This document shows, piece by piece, positions 11,286-26,800 of a stretch of DNA of 64,000 nt. This DNA comes from Eledone cirrhosa (lineage: Eukaryota), in contig OZ024741.1 of the NCBI GenBank assembly GCA_964016885.1, positions 23,126,001 through 23,190,000 on the forward strand. Reading direction: 5' to 3'. The notes under the pieces were generated by a model, which was not told the origin of the DNA, made no database searches, and saw only the letters and a program-made list of their open reading frames with translations. The position numbers and the translations under genes are program-made. Position 1 is the stretch's first letter. Every line of letters starts with the position of its first letter.

Positions 11286-11419
11286 CTACACGGCCACATT
11301 ACAGCATGGACTGTGTTTTTTTGTCGTGACACCTACACGACCTCATTTGTTTCGGACTGGATGTTGTGGTACCATATATGTATATATTTATTTGACACTG
11401 GTTCCTCACTAAAGTGTTT

Positions 11420-11581
11420 CATGATTGATTCTACAAATAATACTGAACTCGTACTTTTATTGACGTAAAAAGGATGAAAGGCAAAGTTGACCTCAGTGGG
11501 CATTGAACCCCGAATGAAGAGAACTAAAACAAATACTGCAGATCATTCTATTTGATATAACAACTTCCCCATCTTATCACT
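11420..11581 (-). mobile_element. Decayed type-1 tRNA-SINE
   Basis: aaggatgaaaggcaaagttgacctcagtgggcattgaacc is the reverse complement of the B-box plus central domain of the 7301 and 57263 copies. Confidence 0.75.
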
Positions 11582-11623
11582 GTTTATACTGTGAACTAGT
11601 CCAGTCCTTCTGCTGAACTAAAA

Positions 11624-11805
11624 CCCTCATGCTTCCCGAAATTCACCAAAACTACACCCGATGTCACGCTTCCATACACATGCACAAGTGTATATCATGA
11701 CTCATGCACTGTTCATTTTCCTGACGTTTGTAGTATACATAAACTTTTCATGAGTTGTAGTGCACCTGAGCACTGTACACAATATTTTCATTATTATTAT
11801 ATTAT
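11624..11805 (+). mobile_element. Severely 5'-truncated CR1-type copy (ORF2 end plus 3' UTR)
   Basis: catgcttcccga...actaca matches 6325-6353. gagttgtagtgcacctgagcactgtacacaatattttcattattatt matches 6416-6462. Confidence 0.85.
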
Positions 11806-11830
11806 TTCATTACCGATTTAACTCTTAATG

Positions 11831-14800
11831 ACCAAGACATTCTATCTAATACCCCAGTTTACCACCTATAACTCTATAACCTCAATATATTCTATCTAAT
11901 ACCCCAGTTTACCACCTCACTACTCTATAACCTCAAGACATTCTAATACCCCAGTTTACCACTTCACTACTCTATAACCTCAAGACATTCTATCTAATAC
12001 CCCAGTTTACCACCTCACTACTCTATAACCAAGACATTGTATCTAATACCTCAGTTTACCACCTCACTACTCTATAACCTCAAGACATTCTATCTAATAC
12101 CCCAGTTTACCACCTCACTACCCTATAACCAAGACATTCTATCTAATACCTCAGTTTACCATCTCACTACTCTATAACATCAAGAGATTCTATCTAATAC
12201 CACAGTTTACAACCTCACTACCCTATAACCATGACATTCTATCTAATACCCCAGTTTAACACCTCACTACTCTATAACCAAGACATTCTATCTAATACCT
12301 CAGTTTACCACCTCACTACTCTATAACCTCAAGACATTCTATCTAATACCCCAGTTTACCACCTCACTACCCTATAACCAAGACATTCTATCTAATACCT
12401 CAGTTTACCATCTCACTACTCTATAACATCAAGAGATTCTATCTAATACCACAGTTTACAACCTCACTACCCTATAACCATGACATTCTATCTAATACCC
12501 CAGTTTAACACCTCACTACTCTATAACCAAGACATTCTATCTAATACCCCAGTTTACCACCTCACTACTCTATAACCTCAAGACATTTTATCTAATACCC
12601 CAGTTTACCACCTCACTACTCCATAACCTCAAGACATTCTATCTAATACCCCAGTTTACCACCTCACTACTCTATAACCAAGACATTGTATCTAATACCT
12701 CAGTTTACCACCTCACTACTCTATAACCTTAAGACATTCTATCTAATACCCCAGTTTACCACCTCACTACCCTATAACCAAGACATTCTATCTAATACCC
12801 CAGTTTAACACCTCACTACTCTATAACCAAGACATTCTATCTAATACCCCAGTTTACCACCTCACTACTCTATAACCTCAAGACATTCTATCTAATACTC
12901 CAGTTTATCACCTCACTACTCTATAACCAAGACATTGTATCTAATACCTCAGTTTACCACCTCACTACTCTATAACCTCAAGACATTCTATCTAATACCC
13001 CAGTTTACCACCTCACTACCCTATAACCAAGACATTCTATCTAATACCCCAGTTTAACACCTCACTACTCTATAACCAAGACATTCTATCTAATACCCCA
13101 GTTTAACACCTCACTACTCTATAACCACAAGACATTCTATCTAATACCCCAGTTTATCACCTCACTACTCTATAACCAAGACATTCTATCTAATACCTCA
13201 GTTTACCACCTCACTACACTATAACCACAAGACATTCTATCTAATACCCCGGTTTACCACCTCACTACCCTAAAACCAAGACATTCTATCTAATACCCCA
13301 GTTTAACACCTCACTACTCTATAACCAAGACATTCTATCTAATACCCCAGTTTACCACCTCACTACTCTATAACCTCAAGACATTCTATCTAATACCCCA
13401 GTTTAACACCTCACTACTCTATAACCAAGACATTCTATCTAATATCCCCCAGGTTACCACCTCACTACTCTATAACCAAGACATTCTATTTAATACCCCA
13501 GTTTACCACCTCACTACCCTATAACCAAGACATTCTATCTAATACCCCAGTTTAACACCTCACTACTCTATAACCAAGACATTCTATCTAATACCCCAGT
13601 TTACCACCTCACTACCCTATAACCAAGACATTCTATCTAATACCCCAGTTTAACACCTCACTACTCTATAACCAAGACATTCTATCTAATATCCCAGTTT
13701 AACACCTCACTACTCTATAACCAAGACATTCTATCTAATACCCCAGTTTACCACCACACTACTCTATAACCAAGACATTCTATCTAATACCTCAGTTTAC
13801 CACCTTACTACTCTATAACCAAGACATTCTATCTAATACCCCAGTTTAACACCTCACTACTCTATAACCAAGACATTCTATCTAATACCCCAGTTTACCA
13901 CCTCACTACCCTATAACCAAGACATTCTATCTAATACCTCAGTTTACCACCTCACTACTCTATAACCAAGACATTCTATCTAATACTTCAGTTTACCACC
14001 TCACTACTCTATAACCAAGACATTCTATCTAATACCCCAGTTTAACACCTCACTACTCAATAACCAAGACATTCTATCTAATACCCCAGTTTACCACCTC
14101 ACTACTCTATAATCAAGACATTCTATCTAATACCCCAGTTTACCACCACACTACTCTATAACCTCAAGACATTCTATCTAATACCCCAGTTTACCACCTT
14201 ACTACTCAACGACCAAGACATTCTATCTAATACCCCAGTTTACCACCTCACTACTCTATAACCTCAAGACATTCTATCTAATACCCCAGTTTACCACCTC
14301 ACTACTCTATAACCAAGACATTCTATCTAATACACCAGTTTACCACCTCACTACTCTATAACCTCAAGACATTCTATCTAAGACCCCAGTTTACCACCTC
14401 ACTACTCTATAACCTCAAGACATTCTAAATAATACCTCAGTTTACCACCTCACTACTCTATAACCAAGACATTCTATCTAATACCTCACTTTAACACCTC
14501 ACTACTCTATAACCTCAAGACATTCTATCTAAGACCCCAGTTTACCACCTCACTACTCTATAACCTCAAGAAATTCTATCCAATACCTCAGTTTACCACC
14601 TCACTACTCTATAACCTCAAGACATTCTATCTAATACCTCAGTTTACCACCTCACTACTCTATAACCTCAAGACATTCTATCTAATACCACAGTTTACCA
14701 CCTCACTACTCTATAACCTCAAGACAATGTATCTAATACCACAGTTTACCACCTCACTACTCTATAACCTCAAGACATTCTATCTAATACCCCAGTTTAC

Positions 14801-17800
14801 CACCTCAGTACTCTATAACCAAGACATTCTATCTAATACCCCAGTTTACCACCTCACTACTCTATAACCAAGACATTCTATCTAATACCCCAGTTTACCA
14901 CCTCACTACTCTATAACCAAGACATTCTATCTAATACACCAGTTTACCACCTCACTACCCTATAACCAAGACATTCTATCTAATACCTCAGTTTACCACC
15001 TCACTACTCTATAACCTCAAGACATTCTATCTAATACACCAGTTTACCACCTCACTACTCTATAACCAAGACATTCTATCTAATACCCCAGTTTACCACC
15101 TCACTACTCCATAACCTCAAGACATTCTATCTAATACCCCAGTTTACCACCTCACTACTCTATAACCAAGACATTGTATCTAATACCTCAGTTTACCACC
15201 TCACTACTCTATAACCTTAAGACATTCTATCTAATACCCCAGTTTACCACCTCACTACCCTATAACCAAGACATTCTATCTAATACCCCAGTTTAACACC
15301 TCACTACTCTATAACCAAGACATTCTATCTAATACCCCAGTTTACCACCTCACTACTCTATAACCTCAAGACATTCTATCTAATACCCCAGTTTATCACC
15401 TCACTACTCTATAACCAAGACATTGTATCTAATACCTCAGTTTACCACCTCACTACTCTATAACCTCAAGACATTCTATCTAATACCCCAGTTTACCACA
15501 TCACTACCCTATAACCAAGACATTCCATCTAATACCCCAGTTTACCACCTCACTACTCTATAACCTCAAGACATTCTATCTAATACCCCAGTTTAACACC
15601 TCACTACTCTATAACCAAGACATTCTATCTAATACCCCAGTTTACCACCTCACTACTCTATAACCTCAAGACATTCTATCTAATACCTCAGTTTAACACC
15701 TCACTACTCTAGAACCTCAAGATATTCTATTTAATACCTCATTTTACCACCTCACTACTCTATAACCAAGACATTCTATCTAATACCCCAGTTTACCATC
15801 TTACTACTCTATAACCTCAAGACAATGTATCTCACACCCCAGTTTACCACCTCACTACTCTATAACCTCAAGACATCCTATCTAATACCCCAGTTTACCA
15901 CCTCACTACCCTATAACCAAGACATTCTATCTAATACCCCAGTTTACCACCTCACTACTCTATAACCAAGACATTGTATCTAATACCTCAGTTTACCACC
16001 TCACTACTCTATAACCTCAAGACATTCTATCTAATACCCCAGTTTACCACCTCACTACCCTATAACCAAGACATTCTATCTAATACCCCAGTTTATCACC
16101 TCACTACTCTATAACCAAGACATTGTATCTAATACCTCAGTTTACCACCTCACTACTCTATAACCAAGACATTCTATCTAATACTTCAGTTTACCACCTC
16201 ACTACTCTATAACCAAGACATTCTATCTAATACCCCAGTTTAACACCTCACTACTCTATAACCAAGACATTCTATCTAATACCCCAGTTTACCACCTCAC
16301 TACTCTATAATCAAGACATTCTATCTAATACCCCAGTTTACGACCTCACTACTCTATAACCAAGACATTCTATCTAATACCCCAGTTTACCACCACACTA
16401 CTCTATAACCTCAAGACATTCTATCTAATACCCCAGTTTACCACCTTACTACTCAACGATCAAGACATTCTATCTAATACCCCAGTTTACCACCTCACTA
16501 CTCTATAACCTCAAGACATTCTATCTAATACCCCAGTTTACCACCTCACTACTCTATAACCAAGACATTCTATCTAATACACCAGTTTATCACCTCACTA
16601 CTCTATAACCAAGACATTCTATCTAATACCTCAGTTTACCACCTTACTAGTCTATAACCTCAAGACATTCTATCTTATACCTCAGTTTACCACCTTACTA
16701 CTCTATAACCAAGACATTCTATCTAAGACCCCAGTTTACCACCTCACTACTCTATAACCTCAAAACATTCTATCTAAAACCTCAGTTTAACACCTCACTA
16801 CTCTATAACCTCAAGATATTCTATCTAAGACCCCAGTTTACCACCTCACTACTCTATAACCTCAAGACATTCTATCTAATACCCCAGTTTACCACCTCAC
16901 TACTCTATAACCTCAAGACATTCTATATAATACCTCAGTTTACCACCTCACTACTCTATAACCTCAAGACATTCTATCTAATACCCTGGTTTACCACCTC
17001 ACTACCCTATAACCAAGACATTCTATCTAATACCCCAGTTTACCACCTCACTACCCTATAACCAAAACATTCTATCTAATACCCGAGTTTAACACCTCAC
17101 TACTCTATAACCAAGACATTCTATCTAATACCCCAGTTTACCACCTCACTACTCTATAACCTCAAGACATTCTATCTAATACCCCAGTTTACCACCTTAC
17201 TACTCAACGATCAAGACATTCTATCTAATACCCCAGTTTACCACCTCACTACTCTATAACCTCAAGACATTCTATCTAATACCCCAGTTTAACACCTCAC
17301 TACCCTATAACCAAGACATTCTATCTAATACCCCAGTTTAACACCTCACTACTCTATAACCAAGACATTCTATCTAATACCCCAGTTTACCACCTCACTA
17401 CCCTATAACCAAGACATTCTATCTAATACCTCAGTTTACCACCTCACTACTCTATAACCAAGACATTCTATCTAATACTTCAGTTTACCACCTCACTACT
17501 CTATAACCAAGACATTCTATCTAATATCCCCCAGTTTACCACCTCACTACTCTATAACCAAGACATTCTATCTAATACCCCCCAGTTTACCACCTCACTA
17601 CTCTATAACCAAGACATTCTATCTAATACCCCAGTTTACCACCTCAATACCCTATAACCAAGACATTCTATCTAATACCCCTGTTTAACACCTCACTACT
17701 TTATAACCAAGACATTCTATCTAATACCCCAGTTTACCACCTCACTACCCTATAACCAAGACATTCTATCTAATACCTCTGTTTACCACCTCACTACTCT

Positions 17801-20800
17801 ATAACCAAGACATTCTATCTAATACTTCAGTTTACCACCTCACTACTCTATAACCAAGACATTCTATCTAATACCCCAGTTTACCACCTCACTACTCTAT
17901 AACCAAGACATTCTATCTAATACCCCAGTTTACCACCACACTACTCTATAACCTCAAGACATTCTATCTAATACCCCAGTTTACCACCTTACTACTCAAC
18001 GATCAAGACATTCTATCTAATACCCCAGTTTACCACCTCACTACTCTATAACCTCAAGACATTCTATCTAATACCCCAGTTTACCACCTCACTACTCTAT
18101 AACCAAGACATTCTATCTAATACACCAGTTTATCACCTCACTACTCTATAACCAAGACATTCTATCTAATACCTCAGTTTACCACCTTACTAGTCTATAA
18201 CCTCAAGACATTCTATCTTATACCTCAGTTTACCACCTTACTACTCTATAACCTAGACATTCTATCTAATACCCCAGTTTAACACCTCACTACTCTATAA
18301 CCTCAAGACATTCTATCTAAGACCCCAGTTTACCACCTCACTACTCTATAACCTCAAGACATTCTATCTAAAACCTCAGTTTAACACCTCACTACTCTAT
18401 AACCTCAAGATATTCTATCTAAGACCCCAGTTTACCACCTCACTACTCTATAACCTCAAGACATTCTATATAATACCTCAGTTTACCACCTCACTACTCT
18501 ATAACCAAGACATTCTATCTAATACCTCACTTTAACACCTCACTACTCTATAACCAAGACATTCTATCTAATACCTCACTTTAACACCTCACTACTCTAT
18601 AACCTCAAGACATTCTATCTAAGACCCCAGTTTACCACCTCACTACTCTATAACCTCAAGACATTCTATATAATACCCCAGTTTATCACCTCACTACTCT
18701 ATAACCAAGACATTCTATCTAATACCTCAGTTTACCACCTCACTACTCTATAACCTCAAGACATTCTATCTAATACCCCGGTTTACCACCTCACTACCCT
18801 ATAACCAAGACATTCTATCTAATACCCCAGTTTAACACCTCACTACTCTATAACCAAGACATTCTATCTAATACCCCAGTTTACCACCTCACTACTCTAT
18901 AACCTCAAGCATTCTATCTAATACCTCAGTTTACCACCTCACTACTCTATAACCTCAAGACATTCTATCTAATACCCCAGTTTACCACTTCACTACTCTA
19001 TAACCTCAAGACATTCTATGTAATACTTCAGTTTACCACCTCACTACTCTATAACCTCAAGACATTCTATCTAATACCCTGGTTTACCACCTCACTACCC
19101 TATAACCAAGACATTCTATCTAATACCCCAGTTGAACACCTCACTACTCTATAACCAAGACATTCTATCTAATACCCCAGTTTACCACCTCACTACCCTA
19201 TAACCAAAACATTCTATCTAATACCCGAGTTTAACACCTCACTACTCTATAACCAAGACATTCTATCTAATACCCCAGTTTACCACCTCACTACTCTATA
19301 ACCTCAAGACATTCTATCTAATACCCCAGTTTACCACCTTACTACTCAACGATCAAGACATTCTATCTAATACCCCAGTTTACAACCTCACTACTCTATA
19401 ACCTCAAGACATTCTATCTAATACCCCAGTTTAACACCTCACTACTCTATAACCAAGACATTCTATCTAATATCCCCCAGTTTACCACCTCACTACTCTA
19501 TAACCAAGACATTCTATCTAATACCCCAGTTTACCACCTCACTACCCTATAACCAAGACATTCTATCTAATACCCCAGTTTAACACCTCACTACTCTATA
19601 ACCAAGACATTCTATCTAATACCCCAGTTTACCACCTCACTACCCTATAACCAAGACATTCTATCTAATACCTCAGTTTACCACCTCACTACTCTATAAC
19701 CAAGACATTCTATCTAATACTTCAGTTTACCACCTCACTACTCTATAACCAAGACATTCTATCTAATATCCCCCAGTTTACCACCTCACTACTCTATAAC
19801 CAAGACATTCTATCTAATACCCCCCAGTTTACCACCTCACTACTCTATAACCAAGACATTCTATCTAATACCCCAGTTTACCACCTCACTACCCTATAAC
19901 CAAGACATTCTATCTAATACCCCAGTTTAACACCTCACTACTCTATAACCAAGACATTCTATCTAATACCCCAGTTTACCACCTCACTACCCTATAACCA
20001 AGACATTCTATCTAATACCTCTGTTTACCACCTCACTACTCTATAACCAAGACATTCTATCTAATACTTCAGTTTACCACCTAACTACTCTATAACCAAG
20101 ACATTCTATCTAATACCCCAGTTTACCAACTCACTACCCTATAATCAAGACATTCTATCTAATACCCCAGTTTACCACCTCACTACTCTATAACCAAGAC
20201 ATTCTATCTAATACCCCAGTTTACCACCACACTACTCTATAACCTCAAGACATTCTATCTAATACCCCAGTTTACCACCTTACTACTCAACGATCAAGAC
20301 ATTCTATCTAATACCCCAGTTTACCACCTCACTACTCTATAACCTCAAGACATTCTATCTAATACCCCAGTTTACCACCTCACTACTCTATAACCTCAAG
20401 ACATTCTATCTTATACCTCAGTTTACCACCTTACTACTCTATAACCAAGACATTCTATCTAATACCCCAGTTTAACACCTCACTACTCTATAACCTCAAG
20501 ACATTCTATCTAAGACCCCAGTTTACCACCTCACTACTCTATAACCTCAAGACATTCTATCTAAAACCTCAGTTTAACACCTCACTACTCTATAACCTCA
20601 AGATATTCTATCTAAGACCCCAGTTTACCACCTCACTACTCTATAACCTCAAGACATTCTATCTAAGACCTCAGTTTACCACCTCACTACTCTATAACCT
20701 CAAGACATTCTATCTTATACCTCAGTTTACCACCTTACTACTCTATAACCAAGACATTCTATCTAAGACCCCAGTTTACCACCTCACTACTCTATAACCT

Positions 20801-23800
20801 CAAGACATTCTATCTAAAACCTCAGTTTAACACCTCACTACTCTATAACCTCAAGATATTCTATCTAAGACCCCAGTTTACCACCTCACTACTCTATAAC
20901 CTCAAGACATTCTATCTAAGACCCCAGTTCACCACCTCACTACTCTATAACCTCAAGACATTCTATCTAATGCCTCAGTTTACCACCTCACTACTCTATA
21001 ACCTCAAGACATTCTATCTAATACCTCAGTTTACCACCTCACTACTCTATAACCTCAAGACATTCTATCTAATACCACAGTTTACCACCTCACTACTCTA
21101 TAACCTCAAGACAATGTATCTAATACCCCAGTTTACCACCTCACTACTCTATAACCTCAAGAAATTCTATCTAATACCCCAGTTTACCACCTCAGTACTC
21201 TATAACCAAGACATTCTATCTAATACCCCAGTTTACCACCTCACTACTCTATAACCAAGACATTCTATCTAATACACCAGTTTACCACCTCACTACCCTA
21301 TAACCAAGACATTCTATCTAATACCTCAGTTTACCACCTCACTACTCTATAACCAAGACATTCTATCTAATACCCCAGTTTACCACCTCACTACTCTATA
21401 ACCTCAAGACATTCCATCTAATACACCAGTTTACCACCTCACTACTCTATAACCAAGACATTCAATCTAATACCCCAGTTTACCACCTCACTACCCTATA
21501 ACCAAGACATTCTATCTAATACACCAGTTTACCACCTCATTATTCTATAACCAAGACATTCTATCTAATACCCCAGTTTACCACCTCACTAGTCTATAAC
21601 CTCAAGACATTCTATCTAATACCCTAGTTTACCGCCTCACTACTCTATAACCAAGACATTCTATCTAATACCCCAGTTTACCACCTCACTACTCTATAAC
21701 CAAGACATTCTATCTAATACCTCAGTTTAACACCTCACTACTCTAGAACCTCAAGATATTCTATTTAATACCTCAGTTTACCACCTCACTACTCTATAAC
21801 CAAGACATTCTATCTAATACCCCAGTTTACCATCTTACTACTCTATAACCTCAAGACAATGTATCTCACACCCCAGTTTACCACCTCACTACTCTATAAC
21901 CTCAAGACATCCTATCTAATACCCCAGTTTACAATCTCACTACCCTATAACCAAGACATTCTATCTAATACCCCAGTTTACCACCTCACTACTCTATAAC
22001 CAAGACATTCTATCTAATACCCCAGTTTACCACCACACTACTCTATAACCTCAAGACATTCTATCTAATACCCCAGTTTACCACCTTACTACTCAACGAT
22101 CAAGACATTCTATCTAATACCCCAGTTTACCACCTCACTACTCTATAACCTCAAGACATTCTATCTAATACCCCAGTTTACCACCTCACAACTCTATAAC
22201 CAAGACATTCTATCTAATACACCAGTTTATCACCTCACTACTCTATAACCAAGACATTCTATCTAATACCTCAGTTTACCACCTTACTAGTCTATAACCT
22301 CAAGACATTCTATCTTATACCTCAGTTTACCACCTTACTACTCTATAACCAAGACATTCTATCTAATACCCCAGTTTAACACCTCACTACTCTATAACCT
22401 CAAGACATTCTATCTAAGACCCCAGTTTAACACCTCACTACTCTATAACCAAGACATTCTATCTAATACCCCAGTTTACCATCTTACTACTCTATAACCT
22501 CAAGACAATGTATCTCACACCCCAGTTTACCACCTCACTACTCTATAACCGCAAGACATCCTATCTAATACCCCAGTTTACAACCTCACTACCCTATAAC
22601 CAAGACATTCTATCTAATACCCCAGTTTACCACCTCACTACTCTATAACCAAGACATTCTATCTAATACCCCAGTTTACCACCACACTACTCTATAACCT
22701 CAAGACATTCTATCTAATACCCCAGTTTACCACCTTACTACTCAACGATCAAGACATTCTATCTAATACCCCAGTTTACCACCTCACTACTCTATAACCT
22801 CAAGACATTCTATCTAATACCCCAGTTTACCACTTCACTACTCTATAACCTCAAGACATTCTATGTAATACTTCAGTTTACCACCTCACTACTCTATAAC
22901 CTCAATACATTCTATCTAATACCCTGGTTTACCACCTCACTACCCTATAACCAAGACATTCTATCTAATACCCCAGTTGAACACCTCACTACTCTATAAC
23001 CAAGACATTCTATCTAATACCCCAGTTTACCACCTCACTACCCTATAACCAAAACATTCTATCTAATACCCGAGTTTAACACCTCACTACTCTATAACCA
23101 AGACATTCTATCTAATACCCCAGTTTACCACCTCACTACTCTATAACCTCAAGACATTCTATCTAATACCCCAGTTTAACACCTCACTACTCTATAACCA
23201 AGACATTCTATCTAATATCCCCCAGTTTACCACCTCACTACTCTATAACCAAGACATTCTATCTAATACCCCAGTTTACCACCTCACTACCCTATAACCA
23301 AGACATTCTATCTAATACCCCAGTTTAACACCTCACTACTCTATAACCAAGACATTCTATCTAATACCCCAGTTTACCACCTCACTACCCTATAACCAAG
23401 ACATTCTATCTAATACCTCAGTTTACCACCTCACTACTCTATAACCAAGACATTCTATCTAATACTTCAGTTTACCACCTCACTACTCTATAACCAAGAC
23501 ATTCTATCTAATATCCCCCAGTTTACCACCTCACTACTCTATAACCAAGACATTCTATCTAATACCCCCCAGTTTACCACCTCACTACTCTATAACCAAG
23601 ACATTCTATCTAATACCCCAGTTTACCACCTCACTACCCTATAACCAAGACATTCTATCTAATACCCCAGTTTAACACCTCACTACTCTATAACCAAGAC
23701 ATTCTATCCAATACCCCAGTTTACCACCTCACTACTCTATAACCAAGACATTCTATCTAATACTTCAGTTTACCACCTCACTACTCTATAACCAAGACAT

Positions 23801-26800
23801 TCTATCTAATACCCCAGTTTACCAACTCACTACCCTATAATCAAGACATTCTATCTAATACCCCAGTTTACCACCTCACTACTCTATAACCAAGACATTC
23901 TATCTAATACCCCAGTTTACCACCACACTACTCTATAACCAAGACATTCTATCTAATACCCCAGTTTACCACCACACTACTCTATAACCTCAAGACATTC
24001 TATCTAATACCCCAGTTTACCACCTTACTACTCAACGATCAAGACATTCTATCTAATACCCCAGTTTACCACCTCACTACTCTATAACCTCAAGACATTC
24101 TATCTAATACCCCAGTTTAACACCTCACTACTCTATAATCAAGACATTCTATCTAATATCCCCCAGTTTACCACCTCACTACTCTATAACCAAGACATTC
24201 TATCTAATACCCCAGTTTACCACCTCACTACCCTATAACCAAGACATTCTATCTAATACCCCAGTTTAACACCTCACTACTCTATAACCAAGACATTCTA
24301 TCTAATACCCCAGTTTACCACCTCACTACCCTATAACCAAGACATTCTATCTAATACCTCAGTTTACCACCTCACTACTCTATAACCAAGACATTCTATC
24401 TAATACTTCAGTTTACCACCTCACTACTCTATAACCAAGACATTCTATCTAATATCCCCCAGTTTACCACCTCACTACTCTATAACCAAGACATTCTATC
24501 TAATACCCCCCAGTTCACCACCTCACTACTCTATAACCTCAAGACATTCTATCTAATACCTCAGTTTACCACCTCACTACTCTATAACCTCAAGACATTC
24601 TATCTAATACCTCAGTTTACCACCTCACTACTCTATAACCTCAAGACATTCTATCTAATACCACAGTTTACCACCTCACTACTCTATAACCTCAAGACAA
24701 TGTATCTAATACCCCAGTTTACCACCTCACTACTCTATAACCTCAAGAAATTCTATCTAATACCCCAGTTTACCACCTCAGTACTCTATAACCAAGACAT
24801 TCTATCTAATACCCCAGTTTACCACCTCACTACTCTATAACCAAGACATTCTATCTAATACACCAGTTTACCACCTCACTACCCTATAACCAAGACATTC
24901 TATCTAATACCTCAGTTTACCACCTCACTACTCTATAACCAAGACATTCAATCTAATACCCCAGTTTACCACCTCACTACCCTATAACCAAGACATTCTA
25001 TCTAATACACCAGTTTACCACCTCATTACTCTATAACCAAGACATTCTATCTAATACCCCAGTTTACCACCTCACTACTCTATAACCTCAAGACATTCTA
25101 TCTAATACCCCAGTTTATCACCTCACTATATAACCAAGACATTGTATCTAATACCTCAGTTTACCACCTCACTACTCTATAACCTCAAGACATTCTATCT
25201 AATACCCCAGTTTACCACCTCACTACCCTATAACCAAGACATTCTATCTAATACCCCAGTTTAACACCTCACTACTCTATAACCAAGACATTCTATCTAA
25301 TACCCCAGTTTACCACCTCACTACTCTATAACCTCAAGCATTCTATCTAATACCTCAGTTTACCACCTCACTACTCTATAACCTCAAGACATTCTATCTA
25401 ATACCCCAGTTTACCACTTCACTACTCTATAACCTCAAGCATTCTATCTAATACCTCAGTTTACCACCTCACTACTCTATAACCTCAAGACATTCTATCT
25501 AAGACCCCAGTTCACCACCTCACTACTCTATAACCTCAAGACATTCTATCTAATACCTCAGTTTACCACCTCACTACTCTATAACCTCAAGACATTCTAT
25601 CTAATACCTCAGTTTACCACCTCACTACTCTATAACCTCAAGACATTCTATCTAATACCACAGTTTACCACCTCACTACTCTATAACCTCAAGACAATGT
25701 ATCTAATACCCCAGTTTACCACCTCACTACTCTATAACCTCAAGAAATTCTATCTAATACCCCAGTTTACCACCTCAGTACTCTATAACCAAGACATTCT
25801 ATCTAATACCCCAGTTTACCACCTCACTACTCTATAACCAAGACATTCTATCTAATACACCAGTTTACCACCTCACTACCCTATAACCAAGACATTCTAT
25901 CTAATACCTCAGTTTACCACCTCACTACTCTATAACCAAGACATTCTATCTAATACCCCAGTTTACCACCTCACTACTCTATAACCTCAAGACATTCCAT
26001 CTAATACACCAGTTTACCACCTCACTACTCTATAACCAAGACATTCAATCTAATACCCCAGTTTACCACCTCACTACCCTATAACCAAGACATTCTATCT
26101 AATACACCAGTTTACCACCTCATTACTCTATAACCAAGACATTCTATCTAATACTCCAGTTTACCACCTCACTAGTCTATAACCTCAAGACATTCTATCT
26201 AATACCCTAGTTTACCGCCTCACTACTCTATAACCAAGACATTCTATCTAATACCCCAGTTTACCACCTCACTACTCTATAACCAAGACATTCTATCTAA
26301 TACCTCAGTTTAACACCTCACTACTCTAGAACCTCAAGATATTCTATTTAATACCTCAGTTTACCACCTCACTACTCTATAACCAAGACATTCTATCTAA
26401 TACCCCAGTTTACCATCTTACTACTCTATAACCTCAAGACAATGTATCTCACACCCCAGTTTACCACCTCACTACTCTATAACCTCAAGACATCCTATCT
26501 AATACCCCAGTTTACAACCTCACTACCCTATAACCAAGACATTCTATCTAATACCCCAGTTTACCACCTCACTACTCTATAACCAAGACATTCTATCTAA
26601 TACCCCAGTTTACCACCACACTACTCTATAACCTCAAGACATTCTATCTAATACCCCAGTTTACCACCTTACTACTCAACGATCAAGACATTCTATCTAA
26701 TACCCCAGTTTACCACCTCACTACTCTATAACCTCAAGACATTCTATCTAATACCCCAGTTTACCACTTCACTACTCTATAACCTCAAGACATTCTATGT

